DNA of 64,000 bases from Escherichia phage vB_EcoM_3A1_SA_NWU, in the sequence record OR062524; one strand, written 5' to 3'. This document shows, piece by piece, positions 38,671-48,145 of the stretch. A program made the position numbers and the translations under genes. The notes beneath the pieces were generated by a model. It searched no databases, was not told where the DNA came from, and saw only the letters and a list, made by a program, of their open reading frames with translations. Numbering within the stretch: position 1 is the first letter of the stretch; each line of letters starts with the position of its first letter.

Positions 38671-40447
38671 AATAGTTGCTATCCGTAGGCAAATTAGCAG
38701 GATTGTTGAAATACTGCTCTTTGTCATGCAGGGTTGCAGTTCTAATGTCATAGTAAAACTGCCCTGCCGGACCAGTTTCCGAGAACTCACGGTTTTTTAG
38801 GATAAAACAATGAGTCGTATTGCGTTCTACAGGGTCTTCAGCGGCTTTATCTCGTTCCAAAGCCAAGGTAATACCAGCACCTTTAGCCAAGAAACTACTA
38901 CCCATTGCATCGTCCTCTGTTAAGTGTTCATTGCCACCATTAGCCGATTTCTTAACGTGTGAGATGACGATAATAGTTATAGCATACTCTTTCATGATGC
39001 GCTTCAACCATGTTGCTAACTCTTCCTGGGCTTGAACATCCATACCAGAAAGCAAATCAGAATAAGGGTCGATAACAAGAATTGTTACTCCAAAATAGAT
39101 GATCATCTCCAAAACTTTTTCTTTGATAGACTCCACATCTGCTCCACGATCATCACACACATAAAAACGTGGTGATCCATCTTCTCTTTCGTAAAAATCT
39201 AGGATTTTTTCTTTATTCTCTTCCAAGATTTGAAATTTCTCTTCCGGTGTTTTCCTGTGTAGAGGAATATGCAGGAACGAGGACAACAGGTTACGAGAAT
39301 ATTTCTTATAAGTTGCTTCCAAGGATAAAATGCCTAGGGTATGTTCTGGGTGCGCAACAATAATATGTTTGGTGATCTCGTTCACCATCAAAGTTTTACC
39401 GATACTGGTCTTTGCCAGGATGACTGTAATCTCTTCCTCTACTAAACCACCACCCAGCATATTTGCAGCAACACGCATAAAAGGAGGCAAGGTAATCATC
39501 TTGGATTCCAAGCATTCTAATGCAGCTTCATACAAGACATTAGAAGCATAAACACCTGCTGGGGTGTATAGACGAGCACTCCAAAAAGCTTTTACGAAAT
39601 CTTTTGCACGACCTTCTTCCAGATACTGATTGGCATCCTTAAGATCCATCTGCATACGGTAGACTTTGTTACGAGGCAGCACCTTAACAATATTTTCAAA
39701 TGCCTCATTACCTGCTTTGTCATTATCCATGCAAACAATAATCTTCTTAAATTTTTCAAAGAAAGGGTATTGTGCCTGAACTTGTTTATACATACTGGTT
39801 TCACCAGTTGTGCCACTAACTACTGCTGGAAGTTCATATTTGTTGTCCAAGTTTTCAGACAGCATTTGATAAGCTGCCAGAGCATCGTGTTCACCACCTG
39901 TAATTACCACAGTATGAGAACGGTCTGCAAAACGAATTTGTCCAAAAAGATCTACATCTTTACCTACTTGACCAATAGGTTTACTGAAATCTTTAGGATG
40001 AATACGACGCTTAAAACCAACCAATTCTTTACCGATGGTAGTCGGATATAAACAACTTTCTACTACCATCTGATCCCCTTCCTGACGGTATTCATAACGA
40101 ACACCATAGAAAGATGAAACTTTTTCTTTAATGCCTCGATAACCACGTGGGTTGGTTGATGTTTCTTGAACAATTTTACGATGAATCTGTTTATTAAATT
40201 CCGAACCCACAATCTCCTCCTCTTCTTCTAAAACTTCACCATTTTCTCGTAACCATTCTACGCTAGGAATAGTGTATTCACACGCAAAGCACTTAGCACC
40301 TTTATGCTCTCCATTAGAATCTAATCCATAAACCATTAGGTTATTACGAGAGCGATCCTTGCCATTTTTCATGCAGCGCGGACAACCTGTATGCCCTTCC
40401 TTGCTAAGATCAACATCAAATCCATATTTAGTTATAATGTGCGACAC
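38669..40447 (-). CDS. bifunctional DNA primase/helicase (T7 gp4-like)
   Basis: 592 aa; N-terminal zinc finger CPRCMKNG...CFACE, central TOPRIM-like region, C-terminal Walker A LAKTSIGKT; GTG start. Confidence 0.8.
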   Translation of the reverse strand: MSHIITKYGFDVDLSKEGHTGCPRCMKNGKDRSRNNLMVYGLDSNGEHKGAKCFACEYTIPSVEWLRENGEVLEEEEEIVGSEFNKQIHRKIVQETSTNPRGYRGIKEKVSSFYGVRYEYRQEGDQMVVESCLYPTTIGKELVGFKRRIHPKDFSKPIGQVGKDVDLFGQIRFADRSHTVVITGGEHDALAAYQMLSENLDNKYELPAVVSGTTGETSMYKQVQAQYPFFEKFKKIIVCMDNDKAGNEAFENIVKVLPRNKVYRMQMDLKDANQYLEEGRAKDFVKAFWSARLYTPAGVYASNVLYEAALECLESKMITLPPFMRVAANMLGGGLVEEEITVILAKTSIGKTLMVNEITKHIIVAHPEHTLGILSLEATYKKYSRNLLSSFLHIPLHRKTPEEKFQILEENKEKILDFYEREDGSPRFYVCDDRGADVESIKEKVLEMIIYFGVTILVIDPYSDLLSGMDVQAQEELATWLKRIMKEYAITIIVISHVKKSANGGNEHLTEDDAMGSSFLAKGAGITLALERDKAAEDPVERNTTHCFILKNREFSETGPAGQFYYDIRTATLHDKEQYFNNPANLPTDSNY

Positions 40448-40459
40448 TTTGTTCTCCTG

Positions 40460-40738
40460 TTAAAATGGTTCGTTAGTCTCCATCATATATTCTGCTTCTA
40501 GTTCTTCCATGTGCTTTCTAAATTGGAAAGCAATTTCTGCTACAGTTACATTTAAATCTTTTTCAAAAACTTCTGTAGATCCTTCATAAAAACGAATACC
40601 GTCAATTAAAAGCCCTCCGTGGTAATCCCAATCGCTTTCACGAGAAAGTGGATTAGGTTCTTCATAATAGTAATCCACCTCCACAACCAAGGCTTTCCCG
40701 TTACGAGTGGTGTATTCAAAATCAAAAGTGTTAATCAT
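40460..40738 (-). CDS. hypothetical protein
   Basis: 92 aa ORF, TAATG-coupled. Confidence 0.45.
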   Translation of the reverse strand: MINTFDFEYTTRNGKALVVEVDYYYEEPNPLSRESDWDYHGGLLIDGIRFYEGSTEVFEKDLNVTVAEIAFQFRKHMEELEAEYMMETNEPF

Positions 40739-41682
40739 TATAGCTCCTCAAATAAAAGTCTACGACGCTCATTCAACACATCAATGTGATAATGAGTCCT
40801 GACATACTTAGCTAATGCTAATCCTTTCTCCATGCAAACATCGGGAGCACTTAATAAGTATTCCGTAATATCTTTCCACTCGGAAAGTGTTTCAGCAAAG
40901 AATAACAAATCTTTAAACTCTTGCGTATGATAATTCTCACGAGGAGAGCAGATTAAAGGTAAACCCTTAGCACCTGCCTCAAGAATTTTAAGATTGCTTT
41001 TTGCATTATTAAACACGTTATCGACCAATGGTGCAAGACTGATTTGATGACCATCGTAAGATTCCATGTAGTTGGCATATGGTCTTACACCTTCATAAAC
41101 ACTAGTTGGTGCTACATTTTCTCTAATTACAGACCATTCACGACTACTTAAAACTTCAGAATCCCTACGAAAACCACATATTGTAAGATCTTTACCAAAA
41201 TCGGGCAAGATAGCCAAATCTTGTTTATGTGTTTCACTTCCAGCCCAGACTAATGGAGTTTTGGAGTAGCGATCACGGGTCAACACAAATTGACCTTCAT
41301 CATAAGGAAGTCCATTAGGGATTATGTGCACATTATCATTGTATTGTGAAAGTTCAACTTGCAAGGCAGGTGTCGTAGTTGTAACAAGATCACTGTGCTC
41401 TAAAAACCATTTTAAATGTTCACGAATACCTGATTCAAAAATACCTTCTAACATGTGTCCTTTTGGAATAACTAAAGAGTCATCCAAATCCATAACCATT
41501 TTAAAGCCCAGGTTTTTAAGGGCTAAAAAGCCCTCTTTACCTTTTGTTGGCACTCCGTTAAAAACGAAAACGTTGTGTTTAGGTTGTGAAGAGAACTGCC
41601 TTGAGTAAGGCAGCACTACCCTATGGAAATCGCAGACACTATAATTGATTCCGTTACGATTGTCAAGAATTATTTGTCCCAT
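40738..41682 (-). CDS. glycosyltransferase, GT-B fold (GT4-like), paralog 2
   Basis: 314 aa; C-terminal motif NLKILEAGAKGLPLICS; paralogous to 41690-42637. Confidence 0.6.
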   Translation of the reverse strand: MGQIILDNRNGINYSVCDFHRVVLPYSRQFSSQPKHNVFVFNGVPTKGKEGFLALKNLGFKMVMDLDDSLVIPKGHMLEGIFESGIREHLKWFLEHSDLVTTTTPALQVELSQYNDNVHIIPNGLPYDEGQFVLTRDRYSKTPLVWAGSETHKQDLAILPDFGKDLTICGFRRDSEVLSSREWSVIRENVAPTSVYEGVRPYANYMESYDGHQISLAPLVDNVFNNAKSNLKILEAGAKGLPLICSPRENYHTQEFKDLLFFAETLSEWKDITEYLLSAPDVCMEKGLALAKYVRTHYHIDVLNERRRLLFEEL

Positions 41683-41689
41683 ACTTCAC

Positions 41690-42637
41690 CTACAAACTTT
41701 CAATAACCTGGCGTCGCAACTCGTTTGCATCTGCCAGATTATAATGTGTTCGAACATGTTCAGCCAAGAACAAGCCACGATCTTCCCGATAGTTTGGATT
41801 GCGAAGAAGCTTAACAATTTCGTAATGCCATTCTGCTTTATTCTCTGCGTAAGCAACAGCGTGAGCATCTACAGGGTTAAAATAAGGTAATACCTTAGAA
41901 CAAACAATTGGAATACCTTTTGCTCCAGCTTCCAGGATTTTGAGATTACTTTTACAATTATTAAAATCATTATCTACCAAAGGAGCTATAGCAATAGCAT
42001 GACTTTCGTAAACACTCATGTAATTATCTAAATCTTTTACGGCGGCTTTATATTTGGCATTTGGTAAATTTCTGCGAATCTTAATCCACTCTTGTCCCGT
42101 GATGCTTTGTGATGCTTCATATCCCGCAATAGTAAGAAGTTCATCATCGAAAGTATTAGAGACTAGTCGTAAGTCTGGTTCGTGACTAGCACCGCCAGCC
42201 CATACAACAGGGGTACCGGATGAACGATCATTTGACAAAGTGAATTGTCCGCTATCAAAAGGAAGTGCATTTCGGATCACAACAACATTCCTATTTAAGT
42301 GACGGATCTTATATGCTAAATATTCCGTAGTCACAATAACCACATCAGCAAGCTTAACCATAGCTACAATAGCATGAGTGTTTGACTCGTATAGACTTGC
42401 TAAATAATGTTCTGGATTAAGTTGGTAGAAATCATCTAAATCTACAACAATCTTAACACCTTGACGTTTCAAAGATAAAACGTATTCTGCACCTTTAGAA
42501 TGAATACGGTTAAACACGACAACATCTTTCTTAGGCTGAAAATTATTGTTGTTAAATGGTATAACAATACGATGATAATCACAACCACTGTGAGGTTTTG
42601 CATCAATTTTCAGTTTAGTCCATTTTTTATTTGACAT
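41690..42637 (-). CDS. glycosyltransferase, GT-B fold (GT4-like), paralog 1
   Basis: Track ORF 41690-42676 trimmed to ATG 42637 (MSNKK..., GAGGAGG upstream); motif NLKILEAGAKGIPIVCS. Confidence 0.6.
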   Translation of the reverse strand: MSNKKWTKLKIDAKPHSGCDYHRIVIPFNNNNFQPKKDVVVFNRIHSKGAEYVLSLKRQGVKIVVDLDDFYQLNPEHYLASLYESNTHAIVAMVKLADVVIVTTEYLAYKIRHLNRNVVVIRNALPFDSGQFTLSNDRSSGTPVVWAGGASHEPDLRLVSNTFDDELLTIAGYEASQSITGQEWIKIRRNLPNAKYKAAVKDLDNYMSVYESHAIAIAPLVDNDFNNCKSNLKILEAGAKGIPIVCSKVLPYFNPVDAHAVAYAENKAEWHYEIVKLLRNPNYREDRGLFLAEHVRTHYNLADANELRRQVIESL

Positions 42638-43310
42638 GTGCCAGTGCCTCCTCATAAGAAATTCGGATTTTCCCATTTTTAATATCTTCTAAAGACGCTT
42701 TATATTCTTCCCAGTTAATGCCAATAGCAGCTTCTTTCTCTTCTTTTGTCAGATTAGCAAAAGGCATAGGATTGTTTCCAAAAACATCGTCTGGGTGGAT
42801 ATAAGCCATGATACGAAGTGGACAAGGTATTGCCTGAATACCCTGATTCAAACCAGCAGCTTTCAAACGGTGTACCCATTCAGCATCTTCAAAACCATAG
42901 CCGTGAGTGTAAGGGCGGAAATAACCCATCTTCTCAACAACGGCACGAGAATACATTGCAAATTGACACATTGCAAGTTCCCAGAGAATAACTTCTCCTT
43001 TACTCCCAACAACTTTATCTTTGAAATACTCCGGCATACCAAAGAAATCCCATCTTCCAGAGACAGCTTGATCTACAAAATATGTTTCCCATCCCTCCAT
43101 GATTGGGTAGCAATCGTCGTCAAAAATAAACCAATAATCATAACCTTCTTCATAAAACTGGTGCATAAGTTCATTCCTGGCGTAAGCTACACCTTTACGA
43201 TCTGGATCGTTGAATACTCGAAAATCTGCATGTGGATCTGTTACAAGATAGTCTTTAAGTGGACGGACACCTACAGTGATAACACCCACTCCGATTTTAA
43301 TATTTTCCAT
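42627..43310 (-). CDS. glycosyltransferase, GT-A fold (family 2-like)
   Basis: 227 aa; N-terminal Rossmann-like VGVITVG, DxD motif YWFIFDDDCYP, later GYGFEDAEW. Confidence 0.55.
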   Translation of the reverse strand: MENIKIGVGVITVGVRPLKDYLVTDPHADFRVFNDPDRKGVAYARNELMHQFYEEGYDYWFIFDDDCYPIMEGWETYFVDQAVSGRWDFFGMPEYFKDKVVGSKGEVILWELAMCQFAMYSRAVVEKMGYFRPYTHGYGFEDAEWVHRLKAAGLNQGIQAIPCPLRIMAYIHPDDVFGNNPMPFANLTKEEKEAAIGINWEEYKASLEDIKNGKIRISYEEALAHVK

Positions 43311-43318
43311 TTTCTCTC

Positions 43319-43882
43319 CTAGATAGTTTTACTGTGATCGTGACAGTGTAATAAATGATGTATAGACCGTTGAGGATTTGTTTGACCTAATCTATAAATG
43401 TGAAACAGATACATTCCCCGCATCAATCCTAACCTCTTTCCTTTTTCATGTAAAGTGCGAGAGAAAATTAGGTCGAATTGGATAGATTTTTCTTCGAAAG
43501 GAATTTCATTCCACAATGATTTTCTAAAAAGCAAAAAGAAACCTGCCAGAGGTGTTCCGAAAGGAACTTCTTCAACACTCACTTTATGATATTCTCTTGC
43601 AATCTTAGCATATTCTATATGGTTTAGAATATCTGGATCATCGTTAATTTGGTTAGAGAAAAGCTGATAACCACTACCTAACCTGTTACAAGTTGCACCT
43701 ATTACATCAAAAGGCGGGTTTGACATAACAAGCTCTTCAAGCATAGATGGTTGATCAGGCAGGAGGAACATTGTATCGGTATCTCTTAAGCACACCCAAC
43801 TATCATCTGGAAGAACGGCAATAGCTTCATTGATAGCCTTGCCGATATTTCCTGTCAGATAGGGAGTAATATAATAAATCAT
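43319..43882 (-). CDS. putative nucleotide-sugar transferase (GT-A-like)
   Basis: 187 aa; YYITPY...LPDDSWVCLRDTDTMF (DxD-type motif). Confidence 0.4.
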   Translation of the reverse strand: MIYYITPYLTGNIGKAINEAIAVLPDDSWVCLRDTDTMFLLPDQPSMLEELVMSNPPFDVIGATCNRLGSGYQLFSNQINDDPDILNHIEYAKIAREYHKVSVEEVPFGTPLAGFFLLFRKSLWNEIPFEEKSIQFDLIFSRTLHEKGKRLGLMRGMYLFHIYRLGQTNPQRSIHHLLHCHDHSKTI

Positions 43883-43898
43883 TCTCCCCTCCGTTATA

Positions 43899-44090
43899 TT
43901 AACTGTCAGCTACAATCCCACGTTTAATCATTTCTTGTTGGATCTGGATCACACGATCTCGTGCTTCCATATATTCTTTAAAAGATTCTTGGAGATGATC
44001 ACGAGCTACATCCCGTAGTTTAATCAGTTTGTCGTTTGTCACTTCTTGAAGAGAGATCTCGCCAGTTTCATTGGTCCCAAGCGTTTTCAT
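43899..44090 (-). CDS. hypothetical small protein
   Basis: 63 aa; strong AAGGAGG RBS. Confidence 0.45.
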   Translation of the reverse strand: MKTLGTNETGEISLQEVTNDKLIKLRDVARDHLQESFKEYMEARDRVIQIQQEMIKRGIVADS

Positions 44091-44298
44091 TTACAACCTC
44101 CTTAATAGCTACTGCACAGTTCTTACAAATACATTGACCTTTGTTCTTAGAAATTTCAATGTAAGGTTCATTTTCGTTTTCTCCGCGTCGTGAGTCGTAT
44201 ATTACTGTATTGAAGCAGACAACGCAAATGTTTTTAATAACGACATATTTTTGCACTTTCTGTTTAGTGCGAAAATTGACTTCAATGACTTCTCCCAT
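44068..44298 (-). CDS. zinc-ribbon-like small protein
   Basis: Track ORF trimmed to ATG 44298 (MGEVIEVNF..., GGGGAG RBS); CVVC...CICKNC. Confidence 0.4.
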   Translation of the reverse strand: MGEVIEVNFRTKQKVQKYVVIKNICVVCFNTVIYDSRRGENENEPYIEISKNKGQCICKNCAVAIKEVVNENAWDQ

Positions 44299-44582
44299 CA
44301 ATGAATCTCCCCTAAAATGTTGTTTTGAGACATTACTGCGGAGCATTCTACAGCATCATGAGTCCTTGCAAAACGCTCCCACAACACAGCATCTACTTTA
44401 AGAACCATACAAGGATAAATACTGTCGTTGATCATGTCAATGCTATATTTATCTACATCCTTTTCATCTTCCATAAACAAAGTAGCGTATGCTTCTAAAT
44501 GCTTACGGGTGTAGTATACATCCTCTTCAGTAAGACCGACAACCAGGTAACTTGCTACAACAACAGTATTATCTTCTTGCAT
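44298..44582 (-). CDS. hypothetical protein
   Basis: Track ORF 44298-44645 trimmed to ATG 44582 (MQEDNTVVV..., AGGGGAG RBS). Confidence 0.4.
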   Translation of the reverse strand: MQEDNTVVVASYLVVGLTEEDVYYTRKHLEAYATLFMEDEKDVDKYSIDMINDSIYPCMVLKVDAVLWERFARTHDAVECSAVMSQNNILGEIH

Positions 44583-44583
44583 T

Positions 44584-45105
44584 TTAACTCCCCTTTGGTA
44601 GATAGAAACCATGCACTTTATCTCGATAAACAAGACGCATATCACGTTCCCAGTGTGTCTTTATATTCCGTTTCTTGAAGTATAGAGCACCTTTAGTAAC
44701 ATCTAAAACAGACCGCAATTCAGGAAAATGTTTCTCTAAATAAAGTAAACGCTCCGCTATTGCTTTTGCTTCCTGCCACTTATCTTTCTCTGTTACGTTA
44801 AAAGTTTTCGCATATGAGAATTGCCCTTTCTGGAACAAGACTCCTCTAACTGTGTTAGGGAAGTAGGTATCATTTCTTCTGTTGATTACCACATTCCCAA
44901 CGGCATTCATTCCTTTTTTACCCAGACCGCGACCTTCTGCGTAAATTGCACAAGCTAATAGAATTTTATCATTATATTGCTTTGTACATTTGTGAACTAC
45001 TTTAGCGGTTTTTACGTTTGCAGCTTCGGCTTTCGCCACAACAGGTGTAAATGTAAAAGCAGTTAAGGATAGTAACGCAACTGTTACAAAGTTTTTTATC
45101 AGCAA
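44584..45105 (-). CDS. secreted cell wall hydrolase (SleB/CwlJ-like Hydrolase_2 family; candidate endolysin)
   Basis: 173 aa; N-terminal signal-like VTVALLSLTAFTFTPVVAKA; motif AIYAEGRG...AVGNVVINRRNDTYFPNTVRGVLFQKGQFS; TTG start with AGGAGG RBS. Confidence 0.6.
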   Translation of the reverse strand: MLIKNFVTVALLSLTAFTFTPVVAKAEAANVKTAKVVHKCTKQYNDKILLACAIYAEGRGLGKKGMNAVGNVVINRRNDTYFPNTVRGVLFQKGQFSYAKTFNVTEKDKWQEAKAIAERLLYLEKHFPELRSVLDVTKGALYFKKRNIKTHWERDMRLVYRDKVHGFYLPKGS

Positions 45106-45137
45106 ATTTTGCCTCCTTTTTAAGTTAACGAATTTCT

Positions 45138-45166
45138 AGTATAACACGATAGAGGCTTTATTGCAA
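45138..45166 (-). promoter_or_regulatory. sigma70-like promoter (TTGCAA-17 nt-TATACT) on minus strand
   Basis: -35 at 45161-45166 (palindromic TTGCAA), -10 at 45138-45143; strong RBS and hydrolase start follow. Confidence 0.5.
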
Positions 45167-45186
45167 GAGGGGGATTTCTCCCCCTC
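45167..45186 (-). other. GC hairpin abutting promoter -35 (after TerD)
   Basis: gaggggg-atttct-ccccctc between TerD stop and hydrolase promoter; no U-tract. Confidence 0.4.
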
Positions 45187-45204
45187 AAAATCATTTGTTA
45201 ATTA

Positions 45205-45807
45205 TTATGGACATTCATACCATTCTTTTTTACCACCGAAGGCCATCACTACATCACAAATATCCAGACCAGCTTTACCTACACCATATGCTTTCAGCTT
45301 CCATTCCCCATCTTCACGAACCAGGGAAGCCACGTGGCAGATTGTGTTGCCAGCTACTTCAGGAGCCAGGAAGTCAAAATCCAGAATTTCCACATTGCGC
45401 TCGGAATCGAAGATTTTAAGCATACCTTCAGAAGCATGACCAAAACGTTTCAGACCTGTATCATCATCAATGGTCAGAACAAAGGCAATCTCTTGTGCAT
45501 CAGGAGAGATTTTAGCCAGAGTAATATCAATCTGCTCCATGCTGCCAGTTCCATCACGAACATCGTCACCAGCGAAGGTAGAACGTTCAGGATCAAACTT
45601 GTTAGCATAGCAAACCAGATGACGTGCAGACAGCATTTCAGGATTGCCAGCGGCATTGTGACGACAAACCAGTGCACTTACATCCAGATCCAGTTTAGAA
45701 TCAGATTTCCAAGAGAATTCCAGGCGCAGTTCTTTCAGAGCCGGAGCAACTTTCTTCAGGGAAATTTTTTCGCTAGAGCCTTTTTTCAGGGAAATTTTAT
45801 CAGTCAT
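45205..45807 (-). CDS. terD: TerD-family protein (tellurium resistance TerD-like)
   Basis: 200 aa; N-terminus MTDKISLKKGSSEKISLKK..., DLDVSALV, C-terminal DGEWKLKAYGVGKAGL closely matching TerD DGEWKFRAVGQGYAGGL. Confidence 0.8.
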   Translation of the reverse strand: MTDKISLKKGSSEKISLKKVAPALKELRLEFSWKSDSKLDLDVSALVCRHNAAGNPEMLSARHLVCYANKFDPERSTFAGDDVRDGTGSMEQIDITLAKISPDAQEIAFVLTIDDDTGLKRFGHASEGMLKIFDSERNVEILDFDFLAPEVAGNTICHVASLVREDGEWKLKAYGVGKAGLDICDVVMAFGGKKEWYECP

Positions 45808-45822
45808 CTTTTGTCTCCTCTA

Positions 45823-46092
45823 TTATTTAAGTGTAATACCAGTTACAGTCAATTCTACTTCCAAAAGCTTAGATGTGTTTTGGATTGATACTAATTGTGC
45901 ATGATGGTTTAGTTCTACAGCAGAATAATCATTTTCCCCATCATCTACTTTTAAATAAACAATGATTTCACTAAGGTCTAAACCATTTTCGTCAAATGCA
46001 TTTTCATAGACGAAAGTATCTCCTACATCCAAATCTTTAATGGTAAGGCATCGTTTATTTACTTTTTGCTCATCAATTTCGAAGTTTAACAC
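45823..46092 (-). CDS. small conserved protein, paralog B of 47114-47392
   Basis: 89 aa; aligns with paralog A (FEIDEQK.../DLDVGDTFVYENAFDENGLD.../EVELTVTGITLK); GTG start with AGGAGG RBS. Confidence 0.5.
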   Translation of the reverse strand: MLNFEIDEQKVNKRCLTIKDLDVGDTFVYENAFDENGLDLSEIIVYLKVDDGENDYSAVELNHHAQLVSIQNTSKLLEVELTVTGITLK

Positions 46093-46321
46093 TTCTTCCT
46101 CCTAATGTTATCTCCGGTTTGTATATACGAAGAATTATAGCATTTTCATTTTCTTTGTCAACCCATTCTTCATAATCAGGCCATACATGAATCTCTACTC
46201 TACTTACAATATCTTCCATTCGCACAGTCCCAATGAAATACTCTTTGAGACTGCGCATAATGAAAGCTTCTCTCTCGCGCCAATAATTTTCTATGACTTG
46301 AGAGGCAAGCTCGTCGATCAT
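46073..46321 (-). CDS. hypothetical small protein
   Basis: 82 aa ORF between vWA gene and paralog B. Confidence 0.4.
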   Translation of the reverse strand: MIDELASQVIENYWREREAFIMRSLKEYFIGTVRMEDIVSRVEIHVWPDYEEWVDKENENAIILRIYKPEITLGGRSVKLRN

Positions 46322-47112
46322 TTTTTAGCACCTACTTTAACAACCCACTCTCCGAACTCTTCAGATAAGAGTTTGTCATAAAGCTCTGAATCTGTCAAGT
46401 CTAAATCTTTAATGCCAATAAAACCAACATTATCATAAGCATTTGCCAGTTCTTTCAGGAAGCCAAACTTCTCATTACCAACGCCAACCATGAACCAATA
46501 AATAGGTTTATTCTTATTCTCTTCGATAAGACGACGAACAGCACTAGGATCACCATTCTCACCATCCGTCTGGAAGAATACAACACCAGGGGTAACGTCA
46601 GCACCTGGTTCAGATACAGCTACAACTTTTTCACGCTCTACAGACACTGTTTCAGTTTTACCAAGCAGACGATTAAAGAAGCCTTTCTTTGGAGCCTCCT
46701 CTTGTACCACTTGTTTAGTGGTAATATATTTAGTAACAGTGCCAAAATACTCATCGTAGATATCCGCCATTACAGGGGCGTAATTTGTTCCACCTCCGAT
46801 ACGAACATTACGCATACATTTACCAACATAATCATCGTAAACGTCTGCTGTTGCTGGAGTAAGCTCTTGAGAACTCGTATTGAAGGCCCACATATCAATT
46901 TGTTCATTATCGTCGAACAGCATACCAAAAGGAAGCAGTTTACCTACAAAATCACTCACTACCCCACTAGAATATAGACCATGCATACTACCAGAAATGT
47001 CTAGAGCACATGCTACACGAAGAACAATCTTACCTTCATTCAGGTTCTTATTCTTTTTCAGAGAGAAAGCAAGGTTTTCTTGACGTTTTTTCAGGCTGAT
47101 TTTCTCGGACAT
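46318..47112 (-). CDS. von Willebrand factor A domain protein (TerY-like)
   Basis: 264 aa; MIDAS motif ALDISGSM; TerD-like N-terminal ISLKK repeats; within Ter-type cluster. Confidence 0.65.
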   Translation of the reverse strand: MSEKISLKKRQENLAFSLKKNKNLNEGKIVLRVACALDISGSMHGLYSSGVVSDFVGKLLPFGMLFDDNEQIDMWAFNTSSQELTPATADVYDDYVGKCMRNVRIGGGTNYAPVMADIYDEYFGTVTKYITTKQVVQEEAPKKGFFNRLLGKTETVSVEREKVVAVSEPGADVTPGVVFFQTDGENGDPSAVRRLIEENKNKPIYWFMVGVGNEKFGFLKELANAYDNVGFIGIKDLDLTDSELYDKLLSEEFGEWVVKVGAKK

Positions 47113-47113
47113 A

Positions 47114-47392
47114 TTATTTCTCCTTCTTAAGTGTAATATTGGTAACTTCTAAATCTACTTCCACCATATTTGTATCTGGTGGGATGCAATGAGTATAGCC
47201 TCGTTGTGCTAGTGATCCATTAATACAAATCGCACTGTTTGTGGAATTTTTAATGAACACCAAGTTACGGTAGGTATCCAACCCTGCGTCTTCATAGGCA
47301 TCATAATACATGAATGTGGCCCCTATGCCAAGATCTTCGAAAGCAATAGGTAAATCCTGACACTTTTCTTCTTGAATATTGAATCTAAACAC
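47114..47392 (-). CDS. small conserved protein, paralog A
   Basis: Track ORF 47114-47458 trimmed to GTG 47392 (GAGGAGG RBS) where homology to paralog B begins. Confidence 0.45.
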   Translation of the reverse strand: MFRFNIQEEKCQDLPIAFEDLGIGATFMYYDAYEDAGLDTYRNLVFIKNSTNSAICINGSLAQRGYTHCIPPDTNMVEVDLEVTNITLKKEK

Positions 47393-47948
47393 GCATACCT
47401 CCTCTACCAATTTTGAAGCCCAAATCGTAAGCTTCCTTAGTGATCTTTTGTAACTCACTTATAGGAAGTGTTACAAGAGGATCATCTTCTTCAATTTCCA
47501 TCTTGTCATCTTCTGTTTCAATGAGAGTATTATGCACTTTGTGATAAGGGTTGTCAACACGTTTAAACTTATTCTTTTCTGTGCTGAAAAAACAATCTGG
47601 ATCTTCTTCACCATCGCCCCAACCTTGATTAGGATCTCCGTCAGATTGTTCTGTAGGGATTTCACCTGTAAAATACTCTTCCAGCACCATAGCAATACCG
47701 TCCCTTGGATTTGAGGAATGCATTAAATCACAAACCTTACCCCAATCCATAGCCCATTCGAACCGTTCACGAACGCCGTTTTCATCCTCCTTTCCAGAGA
47801 AAACACAACCATAACTATCATAGTTGCCATACATCTCTTCAATAACAACACCGTCCTTCAAAAGAAAGAGGTAGCAAGGTGATCCGTCGAAAGAAGTAGA
47901 AAGGGCAGCTTTGCCCGATTCTTTGCACAAAAAGCTAAAACAACCCAT
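47385..47948 (-). CDS. hypothetical acidic protein
   Basis: 187 aa, Asp/Glu-rich. Confidence 0.45.
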   Translation of the reverse strand: MGCFSFLCKESGKAALSTSFDGSPCYLFLLKDGVVIEEMYGNYDSYGCVFSGKEDENGVRERFEWAMDWGKVCDLMHSSNPRDGIAMVLEEYFTGEIPTEQSDGDPNQGWGDGEEDPDCFFSTEKNKFKRVDNPYHKVHNTLIETEDDKMEIEEDDPLVTLPISELQKITKEAYDLGFKIGRGGMRV

Positions 47949-48145
47949 TACAAACCCTCCTTCAGATTATCAAGAGCTACAGTGGTTTCACAAAATTCTC
48001 CATACGCTTTATGATGTTCTAGAAAAGCTTCAGGTCCACCCCAATCATTATCTTGTGTATTCCAACCATCAATAAAAGCATCTTCAATGATTGTGATCAG
48101 TTCCTGTCGAGTCAACGTAATGGTATCAGGTTTTGGATTATGCAT
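47948..48145 (-). CDS. hypothetical small protein
   Basis: 65 aa, ATGA-coupled. Confidence 0.4.
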   Translation of the reverse strand: MHNPKPDTITLTRQELITIIEDAFIDGWNTQDNDWGGPEAFLEHHKAYGEFCETTVALDNLKEGL

